Counted from the stretch's first letter, positions 27,630-36,962 are shown. The stretch: DNA of 48,360 nt from Bdellovibrionota bacterium (GCA_031548505.1 JAVBQZ010000133.1:1-48360), one strand, 5' to 3'. The notes: generated from the letters alone by a model not told the origin. Numbers and translations: made by a program.

Positions 27630-27792
27630 TACATCTTAGCTCGTAAATTTTGTTATTAATTAATACTTCACGCATTGTCTGAATTGTATCGTTCTCCATG
27701 TCTATGCTTACGGGAATATACAGTTCGCAATACGTATCAATCACGGCCGAGCAAGAACTTAAAAACACACAAAGCAAAATTAAATATTTCAT
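27604..27792 (-). CDS. Small lipoprotein, o-spanin candidate
   Basis: Trimmed to MKYLILLCVFLSSC (lipobox LSSC), 62 aa. Last gene of the lysis cluster. Confidence 0.5.
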   Translation of the reverse strand: MKYLILLCVFLSSCSAVIDTYCELYIPVSIDMENDTIQTMREVLINNKIYELRCNETINRLN

Positions 27793-27793
27793 T

Positions 27794-28027
27794 TTATTCC
27801 CCACGAAATAAGGTAAGCAGTTCATCAATCTTGTCTATTATCTCTTCGCTCGTCCAGCTTTCTTTGCCATCCCAGCCTTTGTAAAGACTTTTTCTCCAGT
27901 ATAATACATCGCAAAGGATTGAGGCGTTATTTTCAGCTTGGATAAAGTCTTGTATTTCACTTAAAGAATCAACGTTGAACTTAAAATTAATTTCCAATCG
28001 TGGTTTGCTTTCAATCTCATCTTGCAT
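27794..28027 (-). CDS. Hypothetical protein, 77 aa
   Basis: ORF within the lysis cluster, overlapping its upstream neighbour by 11 nt. Confidence 0.4.
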   Translation of the reverse strand: MQDEIESKPRLEINFKFNVDSLSEIQDFIQAENNASILCDVLYWRKSLYKGWDGKESWTSEEIIDKIDELLTLFRGE

Positions 28028-28226
28028 ATTTATTAGCCTCTTGTTTTATTTCATCATCAGTCATTTTTCCTACTTGCTCCTGCACCTTTCTTGCTGTTTC
28101 TTTGGCTTCAGCAAGCTCAATCACTTGCTGAATTTCACTGTCTTGCTTCGCTAGTTTATAGCCGAGCAGAAATGCGCCTAGCTTTTCTAGTAGTGCGGCG
28201 AGTTGTAAGAGTAATTTATCCCACAT
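28017..28226 (-). CDS. Hypothetical helical protein, 69 aa (possible i-spanin or lysis accessory)
   Basis: Hydrophobic N-terminus LLLQLAALLEKLGAFLLGY followed by a charged helix. Confidence 0.4.
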   Translation of the reverse strand: MWDKLLLQLAALLEKLGAFLLGYKLAKQDSEIQQVIELAEAKETARKVQEQVGKMTDDEIKQEANKYAR

Positions 28227-28281
28227 GTTAAGTTTCTTAACGTATTGCTAAAACGTGTTTAAAAATAAGCTAGATTTTAAC

Positions 28282-28434
28282 TTATTCGCTTACGCTTTGC
28301 ACCTGTTCGGTCTTAGCCTTGCAATCAATTCCCGCAAAATCACAAAGTTTCTCACCAAACGCAATACCAAGCGCAACAAGAGTTGCTCCGATGCCTGCAA
28401 TTAATGCTTTCCAATTCTTTTTTGCCCATTCCAT
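28282..28434 (-). CDS. Small single-TM protein, 50 aa (holin/antiholin candidate)
   Basis: Below the ORF-track cutoff. My translation: MEWAKKNWKALIAGIGATLVALGIAFGEKLCDFAGIDCKAKTEQVQSVSE. Starts 11 nt after the endolysin stop. Confidence 0.4.
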   Translation of the reverse strand: MEWAKKNWKALIAGIGATLVALGIAFGEKLCDFAGIDCKAKTEQVQSVSE

Positions 28435-28445
28435 AATTTTGTCTC

Positions 28446-29030
28446 CTATAGGTTAGTAAAATATAAATTAGCTTCTCTTTCTCTGCGAAGTTTCAACCCG
28501 TTCAAAACTTCTTTCACTTTCGTTTTTGGATTCGTGAAATAAATCCATTTTAGAAATTCTGACCTAATGCTTTTGTCATTAGGATTGCTAATCACTTTCT
28601 TTTTTAGCGTGCTACTCCGCCAATTCCCCTCGCCGAGATTAAAAATGAAACTGCATAATGCAATCTTCTGATTGTCATTTAAATCAACCGTTTGTGGTAG
28701 TTCAGGTAAGCAACGCGTCTTTAAGAACCAAAAAAATAAATCCTTGCTTGCTTGAACGTTAGGCAATTTATCCGTAATCTTAATTAGTGCTCCGTCCTGA
28801 TATTTGCCAGTTACGCCCACCCCAATAGTGACTTTTCCTGCGCTACAATAATACGCGTTGAGCTTTTCGCCCTCTTGTTCTTTAATAAATTTATAAGCGT
28901 GGGTTAAAAACTTTTCTTCCTTATCAGCTTGAAATTCTGAATTAAGAATTTCTAAACCTGCTTTTGCTTGCGTATTAGTCACCATAAAAATTATTAAACT
29001 ACAGGCTACAATTAGCCTTATAGCGTTCAT
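28446..29030 (-). CDS. Endolysin, T4-lysozyme-like (GH24) with N-terminal signal or SAR segment
   Basis: 194 aa. EGEKLNAYYCSAGKVTIGVG fits the E-x8-(D/C)-x5-T catalytic triad. N-terminus MNAIRLIVACSLIIFMVTNTQA. Confidence 0.8.
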   Translation of the reverse strand: MNAIRLIVACSLIIFMVTNTQAKAGLEILNSEFQADKEEKFLTHAYKFIKEQEGEKLNAYYCSAGKVTIGVGVTGKYQDGALIKITDKLPNVQASKDLFFWFLKTRCLPELPQTVDLNDNQKIALCSFIFNLGEGNWRSSTLKKKVISNPNDKSIRSEFLKWIYFTNPKTKVKEVLNGLKLRREREANLYFTNL

Positions 29031-29035
29031 ATTAA

Positions 29036-29344
29036 TTACTTATTTGCTCCTTTCAGCCCATCATCTCGACCTTTGGTGTATGATAACTCGTTCTTGATAA
29101 TTTGTGCTATTCGATTTGTATCTTTAACTTCGGCCATAATATCTCGACTGGTGGTTTCGATGCGCTCGATTGATTTTTCAAAGTCTTGTTTGGTCGTGTA
29201 TGTTTCTTTAATTTTTTCAATTTGTTGTTTATTCTTTTCGATGTCTGATTTAATTCCGTTAACTACATAACCAACAATCCCGCTGATTGCAGTTGCAGCA
29301 TAGCCAAGAAATTCACCAACTGTAGCAAAACTTAGGTTCTCCAT
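29036..29344 (-). CDS. TM plus coiled-coil protein (holin or i-spanin candidate)
   Basis: Trimmed to ATG 29344, which is preceded by gggaggaaag. TM segment FLGYAATAISGIVGYVV followed by a coiled coil. Confidence 0.5.
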   Translation of the reverse strand: MENLSFATVGEFLGYAATAISGIVGYVVNGIKSDIEKNKQQIEKIKETYTTKQDFEKSIERIETTSRDIMAEVKDTNRIAQIIKNELSYTKGRDDGLKGANK

Positions 29345-29346
29345 TA

Positions 29347-29835
29347 TTAGCTTTCCTCCCAAGTTAAGACTGGTAATTGAGCAACTGCATCTTCTACTGT
29401 TATTGTTGCGTCCATTACATTAGGCATTAACTCAATAGCTTTTGCCCAAGTCGAATCGTAGGCTTGATTAGCTATGCCACCATCAGATTTAAAATCAGTG
29501 GTAAGAGAAGCAAGGCGTGCAGTATCAATGCTGTCGTATTGTTTTTGTAATGCAAAATCATTTAGGTGTTGGGTGACTGCGTTTGAGAATTGTGCTTCGA
29601 GCTCTTGTTCTATTATCTCTTGTGGCTTTTGTGGCTCTGTACCTTTGATGTAAAGTACTTTGTCCCAACCACGAATAATTTCCTTGTCAGTAATTAAACA
29701 ATCATCGTGATACCAAAATTCAGCTGAATCAATTATCGTGCCGTTATCATCTACACGATAGCACAAACTACCTTCAGGTATGATTGGTATTGGTTTTGTT
29801 TCTTCAGTTGTATTTTCAAATGTTTCTGTTTCCAT
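29347..29835 (-). CDS. Hypothetical protein downstream of the tail fibre (possible fibre chaperone)
   Basis: 162 aa, beginning 2 nt after the fibre stop. The call rests on position only. Confidence 0.4.
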   Translation of the reverse strand: METETFENTTEETKPIPIIPEGSLCYRVDDNGTIIDSAEFWYHDDCLITDKEIIRGWDKVLYIKGTEPQKPQEIIEQELEAQFSNAVTQHLNDFALQKQYDSIDTARLASLTTDFKSDGGIANQAYDSTWAKAIELMPNVMDATITVEDAVAQLPVLTWEES

Positions 29836-29837
29836 AA

Positions 29838-32800
29838 TTAATAAGTATTTTCTGCGTAAGTAAATTTAAAAAAGGATATTGTGTTAGAGGGTGTATAAGA
29901 TGCTATGAATTTTTCTCCCTTTCTCACTGGAATATTAACCGCAATTGTTTGTCCAATTGCAAATGTACGAGTGAGTGCTGCAATATTAGAACCCTCATTA
30001 TCTCGTAAAAGTATAAAAGCATCAGCTACTGTGGATGTCATATACAAACTAACAAATCCATCTGCACTTGCTGTGTACTCACTTCCACTTGCATTCAAAG
30101 TTAGGTTTATATACCTATTACTAGGCACTTGGCGTTGTGCGTAATAACCAACGCACATTGATGTGTTTGTAGGTGTTTTGTTTACAGTTGTTCCAGTGAT
30201 TGCATCACGTCTGGAGTAAGGTCCATAATTTTCTATGGATTGTGGTGAAGAGTTACAAACTATGCCCGCATCTATTAAAAGTGCTCTACTACCAAGTCTG
30301 ATATTAGCTGTTGTACCCCCATTAATTGTTGTCGCTCCCCCGATTGCTAAAACACCATCCTCATGATCTAGACCATATTGACAACTTCCAACTGTGAGTA
30401 AACAATTATAAATATGACCAACCCCTTCAAAAGCACTTGTTTGGACCAGATATGTGGCAGATGTTGAGGACTTAAATTCAATGTTATTTAAAAATAATCT
30501 TTTGACTCGTTTATTTATTATAAATTTACGAATAGTATCTGAATTAATAAAATTAATTGTAGCTCTCGCTAATGCATCATTTACTGTTATTATATGTACA
30601 TTATTTAGTGGAAAAAAATTCAAATTATAATCAAATGTTTGTCCGTTAGCCAACACTATATCAACATCGGATAAACCGAGTTGATAATAACTGCCGGCCA
30701 CTTGTATCGCTTTATATAATGTTTGATATGGTTTGGCTGCTGTGCCATCACCAGTAGTATCTGAACCCGTTTCTGTATTTACGTATATCGAAATATTTCC
30801 AACATTAACAACATCAGCTTGAGTTAGCCCCTTGTTTGATGGTGATATTGGTGTTAGAAATTCACCATCTATCGCAATCCATGCTGACCAACCTGTACTA
30901 ATGTATCTTCTTCTATATGTGTTTGGAAAATTACTAGAAGTAACGCCAGTTCCATATGCAGTTTGTATTATGTCATAATTTTCGCCCCTAACTGATAATA
31001 ACCACTTAGTAAGTGCAGCACTCCCTTTTACTGGTTGATTAAAGTCAAGTACATTCCCATCCTGATAAATTGAATAGTCACCAAAAACATTCAGTGTATT
31101 GAAGTCAGTATTATTTGGTAATACTTTGTACTGTACTCCATCAGCTTGAGTTAGCCCTTTATTAGTTGTTGTTAGTTTTGTAACAAAATCGCTTTGAGTG
31201 ACGGCTAGATTCGTGGATGTAACTTCCGTTAAAAAAGAATTGTCAACATAACTTTTTGGAGTAGCGTCATCAGGTTCTTCTGCTCTAAAAACTTTAACAT
31301 TTCCGATATCACCGCGCTTAACAACAGAGTTTGCCGCAGGTTCTACCTCAAGAGCTTCCCAACCTCTACCATCACCACCTGATGTGTATACCAATTCAGC
31401 GTCACCAGTAACCGTGATTTTATCTAACTTGGTATCTGATAAATCAGTAACAAACGCACCATCATCTTTAACTGATACCGCATTATTAGGTGCCTGTGAA
31501 ACATTTAGATTCGCGCTAAAGTCTGTACCGTTATAACTACTGTTAATTGATTTCGTATTATTTGGATTAAAATTAATAGCTCCACCACCGGCAGACAATA
31601 TTTGCCATACAGTTGTGTTTGTATCAGGTTGAATTCCTGTAATAGTATTCTTGGATTTACACCCATAAGAACTACCATCAAAATAAACTATATTCGGATA
31701 TTGATAATATGCTGTCGAGCTATAATTTGAGAAGGCGAAACCTATAGTTTGCATTGCTTCTGCCATCTCTTCAGCCTGTTGAGCTGAATTGTTAGCATTC
31801 GTTTCAGATGTTGCGGCGTTAGTAGCAGATTGTGCTGCATTAGCCGCAGATGCTGCTGATGCACTTGCTGCTGATATTGCGCTTTGATTTGCAGTGTTCG
31901 CGCCCGTCGCGCTATTTTGAGCCGCAGAAGCATAGCTACTGGCATTATTAGCTGCATTACTTGCATTTGTGGCAGAAGAAGATGCGTTGTTTGCAAAATT
32001 CTTAGCGTCTATTGCAGAGCTCGCAGAATTTTGTGCCTGCGTTTCTGCTTCATCGACTAGCTCTTGTACTTCTTCTTTTTTGCCGTCAACGTATTCATCG
32101 AATATTACTATTTGACTTTCAACATACGCTGGGAATCTATCGGCTATTTGCTGTGCAGATTCTGCACTTGCTTGCGCTTCAATTGCGCTACTTGCTGCCT
32201 GCTCTGCACTTAATTCCGCTGCCTGAAAAACTTCATCTATGCCCTTAGTGACTATATAGCAGTATAGGTGAGTTGCGCGTGGAGTAATTTCATCACCGTC
32301 AGCGTGTCCGGCCATAGGATTATTTGTATTGTTATTGTTTGCGTCAAAATCTATATCGGTTGTGTAGTAACCTTCCCATGGCTCATCTCTAAGTACACTT
32401 CTAGAGCCATTTTTAAACGCTCCTTTAGTATAGTTATTTCCTTGCCCTTGTGCTCCTGCAAAACTTCCTTTTATATTTCTAATTTTGTCATCTATGCTTG
32501 CGCCTAACTCACTCAAAGTATTCGTTGCCCTGCTAAAGTTATTTCTATTAGGCACACGGATAGAAGTGCCGTTAAGTACGAATTTTCCGCATGAACCAAC
32601 TTTAGCAACTTCTGCATCAAACGCTGAAGTTGATGTCATTGGCAGATGACCTTTAACTACCGCGTCATAAAGGATTGGATAATTTACATCACAAGACGAT
32701 AACCATTGACCATTAGCGCGCACTGCTCCAGCGGGCGCAACATTAGAATAACTAAAAATTTCAGTTCCGACACTTAGCGCGCTAAACATCGCATTGCCTT

Positions 32801-33299
32801 GTCCAATTAGCTGTTGTGTCTCTTGCAATGTAAGTGCTTTCCATTCGCCATCTGAACCGCCCACAATAAAATATTGGAATTTAGGCAGAGGCATATCCGG
32901 GATTCTTACCCAGTTTATTAAGTCGGTTATAGGATTGTTGCCTACATTGTCATTTGTAAGTGATTTATAGACTGTTGCTTTTCCTGCATTAACGACTGAT
33001 GCACGTGAACCGATATAATAATTTTCTTCTGCGAGATATTCAGGAATGCCTATTTGTAATAAATAGGCGAGTTGTTGTGTAATCGTTAAATTAATCGCAT
33101 TTTCATCTTCAAGAAATGGTGCCTTGTCTTCAACACGTGAAGGCGCGATACCTTGCTCAAATATTTCGGATTGCAGTTGTTGGATGTCTTTTGTGTAGGT
33201 AGGGTTGCCTTCTGCTAACGAGCCATAAACGGCAACATCTCCGTTAGGTGATGTGCTAGCAAATATCTTTTGAAGAACGCGAGGTAGTTTAATTGCCAT
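29838..33299 (-). CDS. Tail fibre / tailspike, multidomain
   Basis: 1153 aa. Has an Ala/Ser/Asn-rich fibre-repeat segment (SSAIDAKNFANNASSSATNASNAANNASSYASAAQNSA...). Later, YVNTETGSDTTGDGTAAKPYQTLYKAIQ resembles the start of right-handed beta-helix, pectate-lyase-like domains. Confidence 0.8.
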   Translation of the reverse strand: MAIKLPRVLQKIFASTSPNGDVAVYGSLAEGNPTYTKDIQQLQSEIFEQGIAPSRVEDKAPFLEDENAINLTITQQLAYLLQIGIPEYLAEENYYIGSRASVVNAGKATVYKSLTNDNVGNNPITDLINWVRIPDMPLPKFQYFIVGGSDGEWKALTLQETQQLIGQGNAMFSALSVGTEIFSYSNVAPAGAVRANGQWLSSCDVNYPILYDAVVKGHLPMTSTSAFDAEVAKVGSCGKFVLNGTSIRVPNRNNFSRATNTLSELGASIDDKIRNIKGSFAGAQGQGNNYTKGAFKNGSRSVLRDEPWEGYYTTDIDFDANNNNTNNPMAGHADGDEITPRATHLYCYIVTKGIDEVFQAAELSAEQAASSAIEAQASAESAQQIADRFPAYVESQIVIFDEYVDGKKEEVQELVDEAETQAQNSASSAIDAKNFANNASSSATNASNAANNASSYASAAQNSATGANTANQSAISAASASAASAANAAQSATNAATSETNANNSAQQAEEMAEAMQTIGFAFSNYSSTAYYQYPNIVYFDGSSYGCKSKNTITGIQPDTNTTVWQILSAGGGAINFNPNNTKSINSSYNGTDFSANLNVSQAPNNAVSVKDDGAFVTDLSDTKLDKITVTGDAELVYTSGGDGRGWEALEVEPAANSVVKRGDIGNVKVFRAEEPDDATPKSYVDNSFLTEVTSTNLAVTQSDFVTKLTTTNKGLTQADGVQYKVLPNNTDFNTLNVFGDYSIYQDGNVLDFNQPVKGSAALTKWLLSVRGENYDIIQTAYGTGVTSSNFPNTYRRRYISTGWSAWIAIDGEFLTPISPSNKGLTQADVVNVGNISIYVNTETGSDTTGDGTAAKPYQTLYKAIQVAGSYYQLGLSDVDIVLANGQTFDYNLNFFPLNNVHIITVNDALARATINFINSDTIRKFIINKRVKRLFLNNIEFKSSTSATYLVQTSAFEGVGHIYNCLLTVGSCQYGLDHEDGVLAIGGATTINGGTTANIRLGSRALLIDAGIVCNSSPQSIENYGPYSRRDAITGTTVNKTPTNTSMCVGYYAQRQVPSNRYINLTLNASGSEYTASADGFVSLYMTSTVADAFILLRDNEGSNIAALTRTFAIGQTIAVNIPVRKGEKFIASYTPSNTISFFKFTYAENTY

Positions 33300-33328
33300 A
33301 ATCTTTTAAAAAAGTTAATTTCAAAAAG

Positions 33329-33356
33329 ATTATAAACAAAAAATCCCTTGTGTTAA
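33329..33356 (-). promoter_or_regulatory. Late promoter P(fibre): TTAACACAAG -35, 16-nt spacer, TATAAT
   Basis: On the minus strand, TTAACA is at 33356-33351 and TATAAT at 33334-33329. It lies in the 77-nt gap between MuF and the fibre gene. Confidence 0.5.
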
Positions 33357-33376
33357 GAGGCACGCTAAAAAATATT

Positions 33377-34225
33377 TTAGAATTTAGGGAGAACGATAGC
33401 CATTAGACAATGGCAGTTAACTTCTTGGCCCGGGAAGCCTGTAGCGCCTGTGGACTCATTGATAACTGGCGGTTTATCAATATCGAATATGCCACCGTTT
33501 AATCCACCGCTATTTACGCTATCTTTATGATGCTTGCGGTAAGTCATGCCTGCACTCGTATGCACCCATTTGAATTGCTTAACTCCACCTTCTTCAAAGT
33601 TGCATAGTTGAATTGCGGTGTTAACCTTGCTGATTTGGTCGTCTGCTATCATACTAGCGCGCTTCTTGGTGGATGCGCCAGTTTTTAAAATTTGCTCTTT
33701 AAGCTGCTGGTAATCGTTTCCGGCTTGTGCCGCGCGCACAACTGAACTTGTTATATTATTAAAATATTGCTCGGGAATTGACTTAATAAGGGATACGTTT
33801 TCGGCGACTGATAATCGTATAATATCCGCCATTTCTCGACTAATAGCTTTACCCTTAAGCGCGAGAATATTCTCATCTTTAATCGCCTTACGCATTGCGG
33901 AATTGAAAGCCCATTTGCCGTTGCGCAAACTTCTTAATACCATTTTCTTTGCTAGGTAAGCGCCTTTCTTATTGAACTCAATCGCAAACGCTCGCTTAAG
34001 CTCTCGTATTACATCGCGCTCTTCTGTGCCTAAGCTGTCTTGTGCTAGACTTACATCGTTTTCATTTTGTTTGTAAATTCTTAGCACTGCCTTAGATGTT
34101 GCGGCTATCATTGGCTTGCATAATTTTTCAAGCTCTTTATTATACCAAGCTTTAATTCCGGCGTTGGGACTTAGTGTCCCGCCAGTAACGTAGTTTTCTG
34201 CATTTTTTGAGCTGTTTTTAGTCAT
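33377..34225 (-). CDS. MuF / SPP1 gp7-like minor head (head morphogenesis) protein
   Basis: 282 aa. The C-terminal FKWVHTSAGMTYRKHHKD...GFPGQEVNCHC matches the Phage_Mu_F pattern. Confidence 0.75.
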   Translation of the reverse strand: MTKNSSKNAENYVTGGTLSPNAGIKAWYNKELEKLCKPMIAATSKAVLRIYKQNENDVSLAQDSLGTEERDVIRELKRAFAIEFNKKGAYLAKKMVLRSLRNGKWAFNSAMRKAIKDENILALKGKAISREMADIIRLSVAENVSLIKSIPEQYFNNITSSVVRAAQAGNDYQQLKEQILKTGASTKKRASMIADDQISKVNTAIQLCNFEEGGVKQFKWVHTSAGMTYRKHHKDSVNSGGLNGGIFDIDKPPVINESTGATGFPGQEVNCHCLMAIVLPKF

Positions 34226-34406
34226 TTTGGCTATTCTTTAGCTTTGCTTTCACTTCGTCATACATATCCAGCGGATATTCGCCTTTGCTTTCGTCAGGTT
34301 CGTAATCTTTCATAACGGTCAGTCTAACTATCATATTGTCTTCAATGGTGAGAATTGTTTTTGTAGCTTGAGCATCTTTTAGCCATCTTTCTGCCATACT
34401 TGTCAT
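34218..34406 (-). CDS. Hypothetical protein, 62 aa
   Basis: Lies between portal and MuF, overlapping the MuF start by 8 nt. Confidence 0.4.
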   Translation of the reverse strand: MTSMAERWLKDAQATKTILTIEDNMIVRLTVMKDYEPDESKGEYPLDMYDEVKAKLKNSQND

Positions 34407-34427
34407 AATAATCTCCCGTTATTTAAT

Positions 34428-36962
34428 TTATACTAATAATTTAGCTTTAAATACGATGTTGCCATCCGAATTTTTACTTTGTTCATATATTTTATACCTC
34501 GAGCCTTTTTGCAGAAGAAATTCCTGTTCCTCTGGCGTTGCTGAATGGTCGAAAATATATGCGCCTCTTCCTATACCCTTTGGAACATCAATTTCCAATA
34601 TTGCTTTTTGTGCAAACGGTGGCGGGAAGTTTTTCGCTATATTGCCAACGCCCTCCCTAGAAAATGATGTTGATGCAAAGGCTGAATCTTTTTCAACTTC
34701 GCCAACTAATTGCTCTGGTGATTTATCGCCAAATACATCTTTATACGGCATAGAGCGAAATACTTTTACATCCTCTGTAAGTTCGTATTTTGATATAGCT
34801 TCGGCTATATTATCAGCTTGCTCTTTATTACCATATTTATCAACACCAGTCCTTAATCCCCTGTTTATCTCTTCATATGTATCGCCTGTATATGTGCTTA
34901 TGCTATGTTTTTGTGCTTGACTGAGATTTTTATTCCATTCTGTAGTTTTGTCAATTAAGTCGTGTATTGGCTCGTCTGGGTCGTCGACTTTAAATTCTTT
35001 TACGTTATTGGCATGCATAATACTTTCTTTATTTTTAACCTCTTTTTCTGAATCTTTATAGTTACTTGCTTCACGAACTGATATTTCTCTTTTGATGCTT
35101 TCTATTGCGCCTAGAGCAATAGTTTTTTGCCGTTCGTTGTTATTATATTTGCCATTTTCTAAATCCTGTTCAATTTTCTCTACGTCAGATTTAAGTTTTT
35201 CAGTTGAGAACTTTTTATATATTTCATTAGGCTTTTCTTTTATTTCTTTATTTGAGCTTGCACTTTCTGATTTACTAGCCCCACCACCTCCGCCACCTTT
35301 TGTAAATTTCCCGCCCTTGTCTCTTGGGTGATCGTCTTCCTTGAAATCTCCATCAGTCGCAACACCAAACGCCCCATTAATTATTCCATCAATATCTATT
35401 CCGCCTTCCAGCCATTCCGCCTCTTCGCCTTCCGTCATCTCTTCTTTATCCTGCAACATCGTATAAGCACCATCAGCATCGCCTTTAAGAATCACCCTTT
35501 GTTCTTCAGGTGAAATGACACCACTGCCAATATAAACTGACGCTGTATTTGCTCTGATTTGCTCCGTTTCTGCGATTTCTTTCGCTGTAGGTGTATCAAC
35601 CGGATTAAAGACAACATTCAGATAAATAACCTTTCCGCACTCTGACTTTGTCATCATCTCATTATGTCTATTAATCAGTGGGATAAAATCATTCTCTTGA
35701 ATATCTATCAGTGTTTGTGCGTAATCTTTCATCTCGTATTCGCCAGTAGCATTAAAGCCTTTAGGCGTGGTTTTAAGCAGTTTTGTTGCTGGCATTTCAG
35801 CAAGAGATGCTACAAGTTGGTATTGTGTCATTACGGACTCGTCTAGTCCAGCTAATGATGTGTCTAACTGCGTAGGGCTTTGTTCAGTATCATGTATCCA
35901 AACGCCGTGATTGTTGCGTGTCTCGACTAATGTATTAATGGCGGTTCTCAATCTGTCTTCATCAAGAATACCATTTAGAAAATTACCGCCCATTGTTAGT
36001 AATCGCTTAGACAATACCAACATAGGTACTTCATCTGCCGTTTTTTCCGCGCAATAAACACGCTTATAGATTTGCTGTGTTAGCGGTACACCGCCATAAT
36101 AGTAGGCAGGTTTAAGAACATCTGAAACTTCTTCATTAATAACTTTAACACACCAACTACGGTGAATTAGTTTTCCGCCATTGAGGCGATACCATGTAGG
36201 AACTTGGAAATATAAACTATCAGGATTTTGAATTGATTCAGCATCAAACTCCGGCATTATCCAGTAAGGGTCGACGATTTTAAAACCTTCGTAGGAATTA
36301 GGCTTAATTGAATCAATATTGTAGGGAAGTGATAAGTTTAGAGTCTTGTCATTAAAAATAGGAATGGCCAAGCCGTAGCCAAAAGTCTTTTTATTAATGG
36401 TTAGCTTTTTACAAGCGTCTTTAATCTTAAAGTCTTGGTCTGATTTTCTTTTTAAATCAGCGAGTAATTTAACCTTTTCGTCTGTACTTTCTATATCTTC
36501 GCTTTCGTCTTTATCAATGTCACTTTCATCTTGGTAGGTAAGCCTATAGTCTGTAGCAATAGCGTCTTTTGCAGGTATTTCGCAAGCCGAGCCAATCATC
36601 TTATTTTGTTTTAGAATTGCACAGGCATTAAAACCAATGAAGTAGTCTTGAAACATATCCAAGACGGCATCTGTACCGGGTTTAAATCTATATTTTGTAG
36701 TTATTCTGTCGCCCACACTATCCATTGCAACAGATGTTGGTTTGCCGTTATCATCAATACGAATAATGCTATCAATTGTCTTAGAGAATATTTTGTTTAG
36801 AAGCTCGTCACGAGATATAGCTTTATCTGCTTTATCAATTTCGTTTAACCTAATTAGCGCGCCTAATACCTTTTCAATATTTTGTTCTTTATTTTCTATA
36901 GGTGCGCTAACAATCATACCTTTATTCTCTTTGCGAAATATCTCTTTGACAAATCCTAACAT
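34428..36962 (-). CDS. Portal protein fused to a C-terminal ADP-ribosyltransferase (R-S-E type) domain
   Basis: 844 aa, starting 1 nt after the TerL stop. The N-terminal ~540 aa are portal-like (DUF1073-type as I recall). A linker follows: DDHPRDKGGKFTKGGGGGG. The C-terminus carries YTGDTYEEINRGLR, VFRSM, FASTSFS and EEQEFLLQKGSRY, i.e. the R, STS and ExE motifs. Confidence 0.75.
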   Translation of the reverse strand: MLGFVKEIFRKENKGMIVSAPIENKEQNIEKVLGALIRLNEIDKADKAISRDELLNKIFSKTIDSIIRIDDNGKPTSVAMDSVGDRITTKYRFKPGTDAVLDMFQDYFIGFNACAILKQNKMIGSACEIPAKDAIATDYRLTYQDESDIDKDESEDIESTDEKVKLLADLKRKSDQDFKIKDACKKLTINKKTFGYGLAIPIFNDKTLNLSLPYNIDSIKPNSYEGFKIVDPYWIMPEFDAESIQNPDSLYFQVPTWYRLNGGKLIHRSWCVKVINEEVSDVLKPAYYYGGVPLTQQIYKRVYCAEKTADEVPMLVLSKRLLTMGGNFLNGILDEDRLRTAINTLVETRNNHGVWIHDTEQSPTQLDTSLAGLDESVMTQYQLVASLAEMPATKLLKTTPKGFNATGEYEMKDYAQTLIDIQENDFIPLINRHNEMMTKSECGKVIYLNVVFNPVDTPTAKEIAETEQIRANTASVYIGSGVISPEEQRVILKGDADGAYTMLQDKEEMTEGEEAEWLEGGIDIDGIINGAFGVATDGDFKEDDHPRDKGGKFTKGGGGGGASKSESASSNKEIKEKPNEIYKKFSTEKLKSDVEKIEQDLENGKYNNNERQKTIALGAIESIKREISVREASNYKDSEKEVKNKESIMHANNVKEFKVDDPDEPIHDLIDKTTEWNKNLSQAQKHSISTYTGDTYEEINRGLRTGVDKYGNKEQADNIAEAISKYELTEDVKVFRSMPYKDVFGDKSPEQLVGEVEKDSAFASTSFSREGVGNIAKNFPPPFAQKAILEIDVPKGIGRGAYIFDHSATPEEQEFLLQKGSRYKIYEQSKNSDGNIVFKAKLLV

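Noticed and set aside
31742-32248. ORFs 31742..31996 (-) and 32012..32248 (+) within the tail fibre gene
   Set aside because: They are artefacts of the GCN/AGC/AAT-rich fibre-repeat DNA, which is open in several frames. The 1153-aa frame is continuous and has recognisable fibre features.
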